IMG/VR virus record: IMGVR_UViG_3300032007_000061
Coordinates: 1-64,000 of that record
Source: a virus
Taxonomy: Duplodnaviria > Caudoviricetes
DNA length: 64,000 nucleotides
Strand: one strand, 5' to 3'
In this document: positions 35,234 through 44,592 of the stretch, piece after piece
How positions within the stretch are numbered: position 1 is the first letter of the stretch
How the letters are laid out: every line of letters starts with the position of its first letter
Translations under genes and position numbers: made by a program
The notes under the pieces: model-generated
Database searches by the model: none
The model's input: only the letters and a program-made list of their open reading frames with translations
Told to the model about the DNA's origin: nothing

Positions 35234-36085
35234 TTATTCTGTAATATAATTACGCTCTAAGAACTGACGCTGCAAATCGGATGCCAGCAAGTAAGCATCT
35301 GGATGAGCATGAACCTTGTCACAGCGCAGGAAGAAGAAATGCTTCCAGTCTGAAACAAATGCCGTATGTACGAGGTCGGTTGCCGTGTCAAGTGGAAGAA
35401 CGATACGTGCTTGCTGAGGTTTCCAACCACGATTCAGTAGTTCCATGTAGTCCTCTTCGGCATTGAGCATACTTGTAATCCAAATCTCAGTTGCCGAAGC
35501 ATCCTTCTTGCGAGTGACGCGCTTGAACTTACCAATTCGGTCTAACTCCTCATCGTCAATCCACGAGGGTTTCACCACCTTAATCTCATTGCCGAACTTG
35601 TCAGCACTGTAGTTGCAGTAGCGAGTTGATTGCTCGGCGATTGAATCCACACGATGACGGTTGAACTCCCTGCTGATAGCAATCTGACACTGGAAGCGAA
35701 CTGTCACACGTCTTTCGTGCATAGGTCCTTGCTCCACCAGATATTTCAACAAGTCCTCCAGTTTGTTCTCGATTATTACGCGGTAGTTAGTGCTGACAAA
35801 CATACTGCCAGCTTCCTCAATGGCAGACACCTTTGAGTACGGATTCTTGTCAAATGCCTCATAAGCAGTCTTGCTGTAAGGCATCTGCAGATACACGGCT
35901 CCATGCTCCAGCATAGCACCATGACCTGACTTAACCATGTTATCGACAAATGGTTTGGCAGTACCCTCACCAATACGATGGCTGGAAGCATAACAGCTAC
36001 GGCCAGCCTTTTCAATTTGAGCATAAAGGCCATCCAGTCCGGCACCTTGCTCGATAATTTCTACACTCGGTTTAATAATTCTCAT
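35234..36085 (-). CDS. thyX: FAD-dependent thymidylate synthase
   Basis: RHRVDSIAEQSTRY matches the RHRxxSxxxxSxR motif; HGAMLEH. Confidence 0.93.
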   Translation of the reverse strand: MRIIKPSVEIIEQGAGLDGLYAQIEKAGRSCYASSHRIGEGTAKPFVDNMVKSGHGAMLEHGAVYLQMPYSKTAYEAFDKNPYSKVSAIEEAGSMFVSTNYRVIIENKLEDLLKYLVEQGPMHERRVTVRFQCQIAISREFNRHRVDSIAEQSTRYCNYSADKFGNEIKVVKPSWIDDEELDRIGKFKRVTRKKDASATEIWITSMLNAEEDYMELLNRGWKPQQARIVLPLDTATDLVHTAFVSDWKHFFFLRCDKVHAHPDAYLLASDLQRQFLERNYITE

Positions 36086-36103
36086 AATCTAATCTCTTAT
36101 AAT

Positions 36104-36319
36104 TTACGATTGTTTAATCCACTTCAATGCTTCTTTCTCGCTGTCAAACTCTTCAATCCAGCAGTCACAAGTGATATTGTCAAATGCCACCCACTTACCA
36201 GTTTTCTTGTCCTGATAGTAGCCTGCATCACCTTCATAAGCTGGATAGTGGTCGGTGTCATCTTTGCTTTTCAGGATGATGCCGACAATTTCTTCCGCAT
36301 AGTCGTGAGTGTATATCAT
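36104..36319 (-). CDS. small acidic protein
   Basis: WVAFDN..CDCWIEEFDSEKEALKW. Confidence 0.68.
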   Translation of the reverse strand: MIYTHDYAEEIVGIILKSKDDTDHYPAYEGDAGYYQDKKTGKWVAFDNITCDCWIEEFDSEKEALKWIKQS

Positions 36320-36633
36320 AGTCGCTGTGATTCTGCAATCAATAGTTCAACAATCTGTTGTCGCTCACTAACAGAGAGATCATCAAAGTCCACGTCAACC
36401 TCAAAAGCTGGGTAGTCCAGATGACATATAATCGAATCGCCTGAATGGTCATCACCCCAAAAGAAGATGGACTCCAGTTCATATCGCCCATTCATTCCAG
36501 TGACGGCTCCAATCAGACCGCCCATATTACGGCCATTGTCAATCAGAATGGTCCGTACAAGCTCATCCTGCTCTTTCCGAACATTCTGGATATGTTCATT
36601 CAGAATATCGTGCGCACACTCATACTTTGCCAT
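36316..36633 (-). CDS. hypothetical acidic protein
   Basis: Start set at the AACTATG-type ATG 36633. Confidence 0.62.
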   Translation of the reverse strand: MAKYECAHDILNEHIQNVRKEQDELVRTILIDNGRNMGGLIGAVTGMNGRYELESIFFWGDDHSGDSIICHLDYPAFEVDVDFDDLSVSERQQIVELLIAESQRL

Positions 36634-36637
36634 AGTT

Positions 36638-36898
36638 TCATTTTTTATGATAATGAATTTCCCACTCATTCAGATTAGGAATCACGCAACCAACAACAAG
36701 CTCCTGCAAAAAGCCTCTCAGTTTGTGCTTTTCCTCGTCAGTGTTGTTTCCATAAATAGTAGCAGCAGCAATCATTACTTGCCGGACATTGAGACAAAAT
36801 TGCGACCAGTCTTGCGGACATGGCTCCTGGTACATCACTTCATCAAGTTTCTTTTTGACATCGGCAATGTACTTCTCATCGAATTTCTTTTTCGCCAT
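36638..36898 (-). CDS. hypothetical protein
   Basis: TACAACTATG start context. Confidence 0.68.
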   Translation of the reverse strand: MAKKKFDEKYIADVKKKLDEVMYQEPCPQDWSQFCLNVRQVMIAAATIYGNNTDEEKHKLRGFLQELVVGCVIPNLNEWEIHYHKK

Positions 36899-36915
36899 AG
36901 TTGTAGGGTGTTTGA

Positions 36916-37161
36916 TTATTCGTACAAGTCGTATAGTTTGAAGATTATCTCATCTTCATCACACTCATTAAGCCACCAGCCCTCTGGAAGGTCATTGTCG
37001 GCACCATATTCCTCCATCAGGTCTGAAATCTTACCACATAGGCCGTCATCAATCATCCTGAGAGGGCAACGGTCTCTATCCATGTGATGAATAGCATGTT
37101 CAACATCTATCTGCTCCACATTGTCCTTGACATACTGGAGTGCTTTCTGAAAGTCTGTCAT
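36916..37161 (-). CDS. small acidic protein
   Basis: DLMEEYGADNDLPEGWW motif. Confidence 0.7.
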   Translation of the reverse strand: MTDFQKALQYVKDNVEQIDVEHAIHHMDRDRCPLRMIDDGLCGKISDLMEEYGADNDLPEGWWLNECDEDEIIFKLYDLYE

Positions 37162-37511
37162 AGTTTTCTCAATACGTTTTTCATTTCATTGAATACGATA
37201 CAGAGCGCATCAAGCGTCAGGAAGTGAGAGGATTTGACATAATCACCGGCAAACCCAAGCATGAAGAAATCCTGCTCTGGATTCCAGGAAATGCGGTCAG
37301 CAAGTATGGTCTCAGTCTCAAGGCAGACGAACTTACCATTTCGCTTCTTCGTCTTTGTCATACGAATCATCAGCATTTGAGTGAACTGAATGTCAATGGA
37401 CGGGTCAATGCCAGTCTCTTTGCATAGAGCGATAATTGCACAAACAGAGGCCCAACGGAACTTTTCTTTGCCCCACTCAAACTGATCTGCTATAGATTTC
37501 TTGATTTTCAT
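37158..37511 (-). CDS. hypothetical protein
   Basis: ATGA-coupled ORF. Confidence 0.65.
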   Translation of the reverse strand: MKIKKSIADQFEWGKEKFRWASVCAIIALCKETGIDPSIDIQFTQMLMIRMTKTKKRNGKFVCLETETILADRISWNPEQDFFMLGFAGDYVKSSHFLTLDALCIVFNEMKNVLRKL

Positions 37512-37843
37512 TGTTCTTCGTCTTTAATTTCATAACACAACAAGTCATCTGGGAAAGCATAGTTGTCGAATACCTCAGTGAATCCAACAACATTACCGCC
37601 ACAACCATGTATCTCATGCTGCTCAACTGAACCGCCATCATTATCGAAAGGCGCATCAACCTCATTCTCGCCAATCCAAAAGCTCTTAACATTGAGATTG
37701 TTCACAAAGTAGATGCTTCCAGTATGATGATCAGAGAACGAATACACACCAGCGTTCTTCATGCGCTTTGCAGCAGCCAGGAACTCGTCAACCAACTGTT
37801 GCTGGTAGTCGGTCAGCTTCAATAGTCCTTTGTCAGTTGCCAT
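37508..37843 (-). CDS. hypothetical acidic protein
   Basis: Coupled ORF. Confidence 0.68.
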   Translation of the reverse strand: MATDKGLLKLTDYQQQLVDEFLAAAKRMKNAGVYSFSDHHTGSIYFVNNLNVKSFWIGENEVDAPFDNDGGSVEQHEIHGCGGNVVGFTEVFDNYAFPDDLLCYEIKDEEQ

Positions 37844-37848
37844 AATCT

Positions 37849-38373
37849 TTACGTTTTAAGTGTTCCGTTTTCTTTATCGTACTTGGTTTCGATATGAGAA
37901 ATCACATCAATAATCTCACAGATAACATTGAGAGGAAGGTTCTGGACGTACTCATGGTCAGGCTCCGAAAGGCCATCCTTGAACTCCAAACCATCATTGT
38001 AGAGCGTATAGTATTTCAGGTGTTCACCATGCTCTTCGTCAACTTCCAAATAGAGGCACTGGAAAGCCCAATAGGTGAAATGCTCATCCAGTTCATTGCG
38101 CAGCTCATCAGTCGTTTCGCAGTCAAGGTTGATGTCTGGCAGGACGTTATTGATGGTCGGAAAGTAGCAACCACCATTGTCGAAGAAGTTATAGACCTTG
38201 GTAATGGTAACGCCCTCTTCATCGCCCTCATCTATGCCAAACTCATTATAATCGTAGTCCGTAAACTCATCACCATTAATGCGGACAAACTCTTTCAGTT
38301 TGTTCACCAGAATACTCTTTACCAGGTACTCGGTGTCAAGCAATTCTTTTACTCGCTTACTCTTTTCCATCAA
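37849..38373 (-). CDS. hypothetical acidic protein
   Basis: D/E-rich 174-aa ORF. Confidence 0.72.
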   Translation of the reverse strand: MMEKSKRVKELLDTEYLVKSILVNKLKEFVRINGDEFTDYDYNEFGIDEGDEEGVTITKVYNFFDNGGCYFPTINNVLPDINLDCETTDELRNELDEHFTYWAFQCLYLEVDEEHGEHLKYYTLYNDGLEFKDGLSEPDHEYVQNLPLNVICEIIDVISHIETKYDKENGTLKT

Positions 38374-39106
38374 CGTAATAGTCTAAAAGTTGTTGGTAGA
38401 TATTTGTCATTTCCTCACCAAAGACGTGTAGCATCCTATCGTGAACAGATACAGGAAAGTCTTTCATAATGTTGTCGAACTCAGGATTATCGAACCCAAG
38501 CTCCAAATGTGTGAGAGATATTTTTATGCCCTCTTTCTCACACCTGTCATGGAACAACTGGCATTGGCAGTTCCATATCGTCTTATCATCACGAATTGGG
38601 TCCATTGATGGCAAGAATGAAATCGGACCCCATCCGAATGACGGCCACATAGAATGACGCTCACATATCCATCCAGTCGTATCGAACCAGTAGATTTCTT
38701 TGAGACGCTTCTGCTGCAGCTCATTGAATCTCTCCCATAACTGGACGAATCCCATATATCGCTCCAAATCAAGGTTGCGTATGGAATAGAACTCTTGTCT
38801 TGCACAATGACCACAGCAATCTCCACTATTAAGATTGTCATTTGTGAGCGAGAAGTATAACACACGATCGCCATAACGCTCACGGTAAGTATTCCAGTCC
38901 TCAGTTCGCATGGAGAACCTGGGAATGGTGTAACGCTTTGCCTTTGCTATGCGCTTCCATCCAGTTCCATAGATGAATACTTCTTTTGCGTCAGGCTCTT
39001 CCAATGGATAGAATTGCCCGTTCAGTTTAACAGCCACAATATCTTTCGCCATATCTTCTGGATTGGCTCTGTAATTGGGCTTGATGTTAATAAATCTCAG
39101 TTCCAT
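38357..39106 (-). CDS. hypothetical protein
   Basis: Start at GACAACTATG (MELRFINIK); CCGHC motif. Confidence 0.72.
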   Translation of the reverse strand: MELRFINIKPNYRANPEDMAKDIVAVKLNGQFYPLEEPDAKEVFIYGTGWKRIAKAKRYTIPRFSMRTEDWNTYRERYGDRVLYFSLTNDNLNSGDCCGHCARQEFYSIRNLDLERYMGFVQLWERFNELQQKRLKEIYWFDTTGWICERHSMWPSFGWGPISFLPSMDPIRDDKTIWNCQCQLFHDRCEKEGIKISLTHLELGFDNPEFDNIMKDFPVSVHDRMLHVFGEEMTNIYQQLLDYYVDGKE

Positions 39107-39120
39107 AGTTGTCGTAGGGT

Positions 39121-39360
39121 TTAGAATAATCTTTCTTCTTGCGGTAGAGAATTGTAGTAGTCGTAGTCGGAATACTGGTGAACATACTCCAGAATCTCTT
39201 GTTGTCTGCAATTAGGGTCAGTGGCATTTGTTGCCTCCTGCCACTCTTTTCGCATATCCCAATATCCATTAGGTCTTTTACGTCCTAACAGATGATTGCC
39301 AGTCTCATTGTCGCAGGCCACTTGTGATAGCAGCTCTTTTTCATAATCAGTGATAAACAT
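39121..39360 (-). CDS. hypothetical protein
   Basis: 79-aa ORF filling the gap. Confidence 0.65.
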   Translation of the reverse strand: MFITDYEKELLSQVACDNETGNHLLGRKRPNGYWDMRKEWQEATNATDPNCRQQEILEYVHQYSDYDYYNSLPQEERLF

Positions 39361-39371
39361 AATAGTGATTG

Positions 39372-40211
39372 TTAGATAAGTTTGCTTCCGTCACATGATA
39401 AATAATGTTTCTGAATAATCTGTTTTGCTTCAATCATTTCATGCAAATCATCAAGTGTGTACTGATTTTCAAGCGTCCAAAAGAGAAGTCGCTGGGCATC
39501 ATGCTCTGCTACCAGTTTCTTCTCAGTATCGCCATAATCACAGGTTCTCCATGCCTCGACGAAGTTGCAGTTTTTCCACAGCCTGCCGATGGCATGATAC
39601 AAGTCCCAATAGAGATTGTTCCAGCAAACCGCGTCATTGAAATAGAGCCAGATGATGTCTGTATCGAACACCAGGTCATTCCCAAACCGCCAGTAGTATT
39701 TACCACAATCTTTCTGCATGGATTCTGGTAGTCTGTAGTACTGCTCCCATTCGTCGGTGTTGGCATACAGGAACCTCTCGACTGGGCCAGCCTTTCTGAC
39801 TGCATCGGGATAGAAGTCGGACGTGTCGATTTTAGGCTTTACCGTCTCGTGTTCGTCAGGTTCGACCAATATGCGGACATATCCACCAGCTTTCTTCGGG
39901 GTATGGCTATAGACGTAGAGGTCGGCCACGTCGAGCTTGTTCTTGAAGTCATATTCGAACTCATCCTGCATTTTATAGATGTCGCGGTCGGATTCAGACA
40001 GCGAGTGCTCATCATCATTGCCAACGTTCATGATATGCTCGAACAACTCCTGAAATATGCTGTCCTCGATGAACTTACGCCAGCTATACGGGTTAGGACA
40101 CCAATCTGGACACATAATGATGCCGTTCAATCCGAAAAAGTGAACTGATATGAAGCATCCAACAGGCTTTTCTTCATCCTGATAGAGTGGCTGGAAGATA
40201 ATCTCATTCAT
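39372..40211 (-). CDS. hypothetical acidic protein
   Basis: 279-aa D/E- and aromatic-rich ORF. Confidence 0.75.
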   Translation of the reverse strand: MNEIIFQPLYQDEEKPVGCFISVHFFGLNGIIMCPDWCPNPYSWRKFIEDSIFQELFEHIMNVGNDDEHSLSESDRDIYKMQDEFEYDFKNKLDVADLYVYSHTPKKAGGYVRILVEPDEHETVKPKIDTSDFYPDAVRKAGPVERFLYANTDEWEQYYRLPESMQKDCGKYYWRFGNDLVFDTDIIWLYFNDAVCWNNLYWDLYHAIGRLWKNCNFVEAWRTCDYGDTEKKLVAEHDAQRLLFWTLENQYTLDDLHEMIEAKQIIQKHYLSCDGSKLI

Positions 40212-40215
40212 GTGG

Positions 40216-40518
40216 TTACTTCTTTACGATTTCAGATAGTCTATGGTGCACTCCGAATACTATAGCAATATCGAAGAAACATTCTGGTAAGCTGGAATCA
40301 AACTGTCTGCCGGTGTAAGTCTCAATCTGAATACTCAAATCGGCATTTTCTTCTATGTCATACGTCGATGGGTATGTCATCACTATCGGGTCATCAAAGA
40401 GCGGAACATCACCAGCCTCATCAATCTGGATGGCGATGCCGTTCTTGAACTTCATTCTCACTGCCTTTTCCTCGCCGTCTGGCATGGTCAGCAAGATTTC
40501 ATCGATATATGGTTCCAT
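40216..40518 (-). CDS. hypothetical acidic protein
   Basis: 100-aa ORF. Confidence 0.68.
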   Translation of the reverse strand: MEPYIDEILLTMPDGEEKAVRMKFKNGIAIQIDEAGDVPLFDDPIVMTYPSTYDIEENADLSIQIETYTGRQFDSSLPECFFDIAIVFGVHHRLSEIVKK

Positions 40519-40521
40519 AGG

Positions 40522-40758
40522 CTAATCGTCTAATATTCCATAGAGAGAACAACGCTTCTTCTCGATGATCACCATTTTATTGAGCAATCCGTTGGCATTT
40601 GTAATATCATAGCACTTGCCTAATCGAGATTCAAACTGAGTGCTTTCAGAAGTCTCAACCTTGCTCCAATAGAGTTTTTCAAGAATCAGCTTCTTCAATG
40701 CCTCCATAGAACCAGCCGAACCCATCAAATGCAGGTCTTTCTTTGCTAAGTTTCTCAT
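40522..40758 (-). CDS. hypothetical protein
   Basis: 78-aa ORF after a terminator and TATAAT-like site. Confidence 0.65.
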   Translation of the reverse strand: MRNLAKKDLHLMGSAGSMEALKKLILEKLYWSKVETSESTQFESRLGKCYDITNANGLLNKMVIIEKKRCSLYGILDD

Positions 40759-40782
40759 ACCTTATTATTATATATGGTGAAT

Positions 40783-40811
40783 AGAATTGAACCCGCCGGA
40801 GAACCGGCGGG
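40783..40811 (-). terminator. GC-rich hairpin terminator
   Basis: CCCGCCGG-loop-CCGGCGGG perfect 8 bp; T-rich tail on the minus strand. Confidence 0.65.
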
Positions 40812-40820
40812 CACGGTGGC

Positions 40821-41639
40821 TTAGGCGGTTGGCTTTTCGATGATGAAGTTGTTTTCCTCTGTGTTGATGTCGCCGATACCTTTGAGGGCACGGCCAGCAC
40901 GGTCAAGTTCGAGGTCATACGATTCCTCTGTCTCAGCATCGCATTCAATTTCCCAGCCATAGTCTTTGATATTACTACGATTGAAGCACATCACCGTGTT
41001 GTCAGCATAGTCGAACTCGATGGCAATGCCGGCCTTGTTGCACTCATCTATGACGGCCTGCAGACGGTCAACCAATGCGTTCTGCTCATCGGTCAAGAAC
41101 AGGCGACGATAGACACCCTCACGGACGATGCACTCACCAGCTTTCTCCTGAACGATATAGTCATTGTACTTATAGACTTCCTCGGCACTGCGATATATGT
41201 CTGGAATGTCACAATCGAGCTGGGCAGTCTGGCCATCATAGTAGATGGTGACTTTCTCGGTATGCTCTTCCAGTCGCCACTTGGTAGCCTGTCCGTTCTC
41301 ATACACCCAAACGAATGGGCCAGTCTCATCGGTTTTGACCAGATATGCCCTGAACAAGTTCTTCATAATGTCCTCCAGCTTGTCATGGCGTACAGCGTTC
41401 TCCCTGGGGATTGATGCGCCACTGGTAAATGCAGCTTCACTTACATAATACTTACCATCAAGAGCAAGTCTGTGCGTCTGGCTCTCATCACCACCAAGGA
41501 TGAATGTCTGCTCGGCCTTGTCCTCATCAAGATAATACGTGGTCTGTGCCGGCTGCATTGACACCAGCTTCTTTTCGTCCTCCAGATAGACGAACTTGGC
41601 GTTGGCCGTGTTGATCACTTCAAAATTCTTCTGTTCCAT
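40821..41639 (-). CDS. hypothetical acidic protein
   Basis: 272 aa; ACAACTATG start. Confidence 0.75.
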   Translation of the reverse strand: MEQKNFEVINTANAKFVYLEDEKKLVSMQPAQTTYYLDEDKAEQTFILGGDESQTHRLALDGKYYVSEAAFTSGASIPRENAVRHDKLEDIMKNLFRAYLVKTDETGPFVWVYENGQATKWRLEEHTEKVTIYYDGQTAQLDCDIPDIYRSAEEVYKYNDYIVQEKAGECIVREGVYRRLFLTDEQNALVDRLQAVIDECNKAGIAIEFDYADNTVMCFNRSNIKDYGWEIECDAETEESYDLELDRAGRALKGIGDINTEENNFIIEKPTA

Positions 41640-41659
41640 AGTTGTTTGTTGTTTAATAA

Positions 41660-41914
41660 TTATTGTTTTGAGACTTCTGTAATCTCGTAATGTGTCATTT
41701 TGCAGCCGCTCTTTACACGAGCATCAAGAGCGGCTTGGTATTCGGCTTCTGTGTCAAACTCGTTAGCAACACAGTAGTCGTAAGGAGAGTATTTTTCCAT
41801 TTGGTCGCGTATGTTGTCAATCTCTTTAACGGACTTCTTTCCATAGATTGCAACCTTTTCCTTGCAGCCATCATCCCATTCCTCGGTAAAGAGCCATTTG
41901 TATCGTCTCGACAT
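41660..41914 (-). CDS. hypothetical protein
   Basis: 84-aa ORF. Confidence 0.65.
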   Translation of the reverse strand: MSRRYKWLFTEEWDDGCKEKVAIYGKKSVKEIDNIRDQMEKYSPYDYCVANEFDTEAEYQAALDARVKSGCKMTHYEITEVSKQ

Positions 41915-41917
41915 AGC

Positions 41918-42481
41918 TTAACGATTTTCTGGGTCGCTCAGATACTCAACACACTGCTTGACCAGTTCATCGTCTGATTTCTCGTCAGCTTCATCACAAT
42001 CGTCATCCCAATTATCATCGAACCAATACTCAGCGTCATCGGGGTCGATGTCTGGAAGCTGCTTGATTACCTGCTCCTTGAAATAGTTCAGGTGCTGTTC
42101 GCGGAAATCATTGCTCACTTCATCCTCGTCAATCTCATTGCACCAGCAGCTGTCATTCTCAAAGATGCTATTGAGATAATAGTCCTCAGTATCTTTTACA
42201 GCATCGTATGATGACATAGATTCAAGATTCGCATAGCCATTGAACTTGATATAATCATCATTCCAGTTTTGGATATTGCCGAAGTAAACGGCTCTTGCAA
42301 CTTCAATTGCCTTGGACTCAGAGAAGAATGTCTCAAAGAACTCTTCGTCAAACGAGAAGATTTCCTCATCAGGATTGTGTTCCCGACAATACTCATTACG
42401 AATTGAGATTTTGGTGCCGTCATCCAGCTCATCCCAATACTCTTTCCAAATTTCAAACTTAGTTTTCATAACCTGTAGCAT
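41918..42481 (-). CDS. highly acidic protein (DNA-mimic candidate)
   Basis: D/E-rich with aromatic residues; DDYIKFNGYANLES motif. Confidence 0.75.
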   Translation of the reverse strand: MLQVMKTKFEIWKEYWDELDDGTKISIRNEYCREHNPDEEIFSFDEEFFETFFSESKAIEVARAVYFGNIQNWNDDYIKFNGYANLESMSSYDAVKDTEDYYLNSIFENDSCWCNEIDEDEVSNDFREQHLNYFKEQVIKQLPDIDPDDAEYWFDDNWDDDCDEADEKSDDELVKQCVEYLSDPENR

Positions 42482-42487
42482 TTAGAG

Positions 42488-43075
42488 TTACAAATCGTAG
42501 GTATCACGCAGCCAATTGTCAAGGTCGTAAGGGTCAATGAAGAAGTTCTTCCATGCTTCCAGACTTTCCTTGCAAGCATTATAGATTTTGATGCACTCAG
42601 ACACATTTTCATAGCCAAACTCACTCTGGAAGTCATCTATGCTCTGGTTGGCAGATATACAATCAGAAATGAACATTTCGAAAGCCTCGATGCAGTTCTT
42701 TTCCGTCATACTGTCAACATCATTGCGGTAGTCCATAACGCTGCCCCAATAATCGAAAGTATGCGAATTGCAACCAATCTCAAACTTTACAAGGAAATGC
42801 GGATGCTTGTCGCTCTTTTTCTTTTCCCAATCTGGCAATCCATAGCCAACAAATCGACTTGATAGCTTGATTTCGTAATCTTTGTAATGCAGTGTAGTAA
42901 TGGGGTCAAGACTTGCCCCGTTATTCTCTTTGCCCTTGTTAATGAGCCAATCCTGTTCGATGAAGTAGCACTCATTCTCAGGAGAGTAACAAGCGTGCTC
43001 ATCAAAATCGTCGTACTGCTGGTATTCCTGATATTCAGGCCACCCAAGCTTCAAATAAAGACTTGCCATAATCAT
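42488..43075 (-). CDS. hypothetical acidic protein
   Basis: 195 aa; FQSEFGYE motif. Confidence 0.75.
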   Translation of the reverse strand: MIMASLYLKLGWPEYQEYQQYDDFDEHACYSPENECYFIEQDWLINKGKENNGASLDPITTLHYKDYEIKLSSRFVGYGLPDWEKKKSDKHPHFLVKFEIGCNSHTFDYWGSVMDYRNDVDSMTEKNCIEAFEMFISDCISANQSIDDFQSEFGYENVSECIKIYNACKESLEAWKNFFIDPYDLDNWLRDTYDL

Positions 43076-43716
43076 TAACTATAAAGTGTCACAACTCTTC
43101 CGTCACTCAGTTCAACGGCATAATCGCCGTCCAAACACATTCTGCCGAATTTCTCGTAGTCGAAGCAGCTCTCCAGTGTGTCCTTAAACTGACCATCATG
43201 GCCACTGAAAACACCTAACTCAAAAGCCTCTTCTTCTCCGAAATCTTCAACACTATCGTATATAGCACTGATGGCGCCAAAATCGTGATAATCGGTATAA
43301 TTGAAAATTTCGTCAATGTCATCGTCATCAAGATTATACCTGCCACCGATACGGTCTCGCTCATCCTGCATGATTTCGACTTCAACATCACAGCCCTGGA
43401 TGGAATCAATCAGGTTGTTCCACTCATTCATCAAAGCCTCGCCAACCTTGTAGCGATCATCATCAACCTTGATGCCATAACCAAGACCATTCAAGCTTCT
43501 GTCAATCTCTTGCGCTCTGGCCCATTGTTCAGCAGTGAATCCAGTAGTAATATCGTCATAGGCAATATCCCTGATAGGATGGCCGCCACTCCATGCAGCG
43601 CCACAATTGTGAATACTGCTGAAATAATGGCCGCACTGGAACTCAACGTGCTCTGTGTAGATGCAGTTGCGTTCATCGTCATTGTTCAAACGACCTAAAA
43701 ATAGTTTTCTTCCCAT
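43075..43716 (-). CDS. ArdA-like antirestriction protein (C-terminal domain)
   Basis: YDSVEDFGEE...LESCFDYEKFGRMCLDGDY resembles the ArdA C-terminus; very acidic. Confidence 0.6.
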   Translation of the reverse strand: MGRKLFLGRLNNDDERNCIYTEHVEFQCGHYFSSIHNCGAAWSGGHPIRDIAYDDITTGFTAEQWARAQEIDRSLNGLGYGIKVDDDRYKVGEALMNEWNNLIDSIQGCDVEVEIMQDERDRIGGRYNLDDDDIDEIFNYTDYHDFGAISAIYDSVEDFGEEEAFELGVFSGHDGQFKDTLESCFDYEKFGRMCLDGDYAVELSDGRVVTLYS

Positions 43717-43727
43717 AGTTGTAAGAA

Positions 43728-43850
43728 TTAATAGTAAATCTCAGGAATCGTGTCATTCTCAGCTTCCGTAGTGCCGACATTGGCAGTGTAGCCTAAGTCG
43801 TAGTCCTCTGGAAGTTGGCGATGGTGTTGTTTCTTGTCGTTCTGTGTCAT
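43728..43850 (-). CDS. 40-aa acidic peptide
   Basis: Hand-set start MTQNDKKQHH; fills the gap exactly. Confidence 0.45.
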   Translation of the reverse strand: MTQNDKKQHHRQLPEDYDLGYTANVGTTEAENDTIPEIYY

Positions 43851-43851
43851 A

Positions 43852-44181
43852 TCAGATATAATTAGCGTAAATGTCAACGTCATATACATCACAGGCCAGC
43901 AATGGCGGTTCTCCACGATGAGGCAGCGCATTTGGGTTTCTCGGTCCAAATGCAGGGCAATTCGTGAAGTAAGGCTCCGCATCCTCGCCATCCGTAAAGT
44001 CGTAAGTGAGACCAGTAAACCGCTTCTTAGGATGCTTATCCTTGGCATACTGGATGATTTTCAGCTCCCAATCCTGCATGGTCTTAACCTCTTCCTCTGT
44101 GAGGTTATCGCCAATGTCTCCATTCCAGAAGTAGCAAATTGCCCACTCAGGAATCTTCTCGGTTGTCAGTTTCTCAATCAT
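43852..44181 (-). CDS. hypothetical protein
   Basis: IPEWAICYFWNGDIGDNLTEEE...PYF...PAFG pattern. Confidence 0.7.
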   Translation of the reverse strand: MIEKLTTEKIPEWAICYFWNGDIGDNLTEEEVKTMQDWELKIIQYAKDKHPKKRFTGLTYDFTDGEDAEPYFTNCPAFGPRNPNALPHRGEPPLLACDVYDVDIYANYI

Positions 44182-44200
44182 AATGCTATCGTTTTATGTA

Positions 44201-44233
44201 GAAAAGCGATGCCAGCCAGTGATGACCGGCACC
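44201..44233 (-). terminator. hairpin terminator
   Basis: GGTGCCGGTCA-TCAC-TGGCTGGCATC (11 bp with GU pairs) then GCTTTTC. Confidence 0.6.
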
Positions 44234-44253
44234 GCCACCTACAACTACAGAAA

Positions 44254-44592
44254 CTATTCTTCGGGTTTGTAGTAGAAGCTGGCATAGACAGACACCTCAT
44301 CCTGACTTATCTTACAAATCGTCTGACAGTCAGGCTCTCGGTTCATTTCATCCAGCTTACTGATGATGGACTGCTTGGCTTCTTCCACATTGTCAACATT
44401 GCCGTTTGGATAAATCCGTATGGTATGAGAGCCAAATGACCACACCAAAGACACTGGGTGGCTGTTGATGAATCCCATCACGCACTTGTTATCCTCAATA
44501 TATCCAGGTGAATAATCGAACAATGCCTCAAACAAAAAATCCTCCATGATGTCCTTTTGGTTCAGTGGAGCTGGTGTCAATTTTTCTTTCAT
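44254..44592 (-). CDS. hypothetical protein
   Basis: 112-aa ORF coupled to pcfJ-like gene. Confidence 0.65.
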   Translation of the reverse strand: MKEKLTPAPLNQKDIMEDFLFEALFDYSPGYIEDNKCVMGFINSHPVSLVWSFGSHTIRIYPNGNVDNVEEAKQSIISKLDEMNREPDCQTICKISQDEVSVYASFYYKPEE

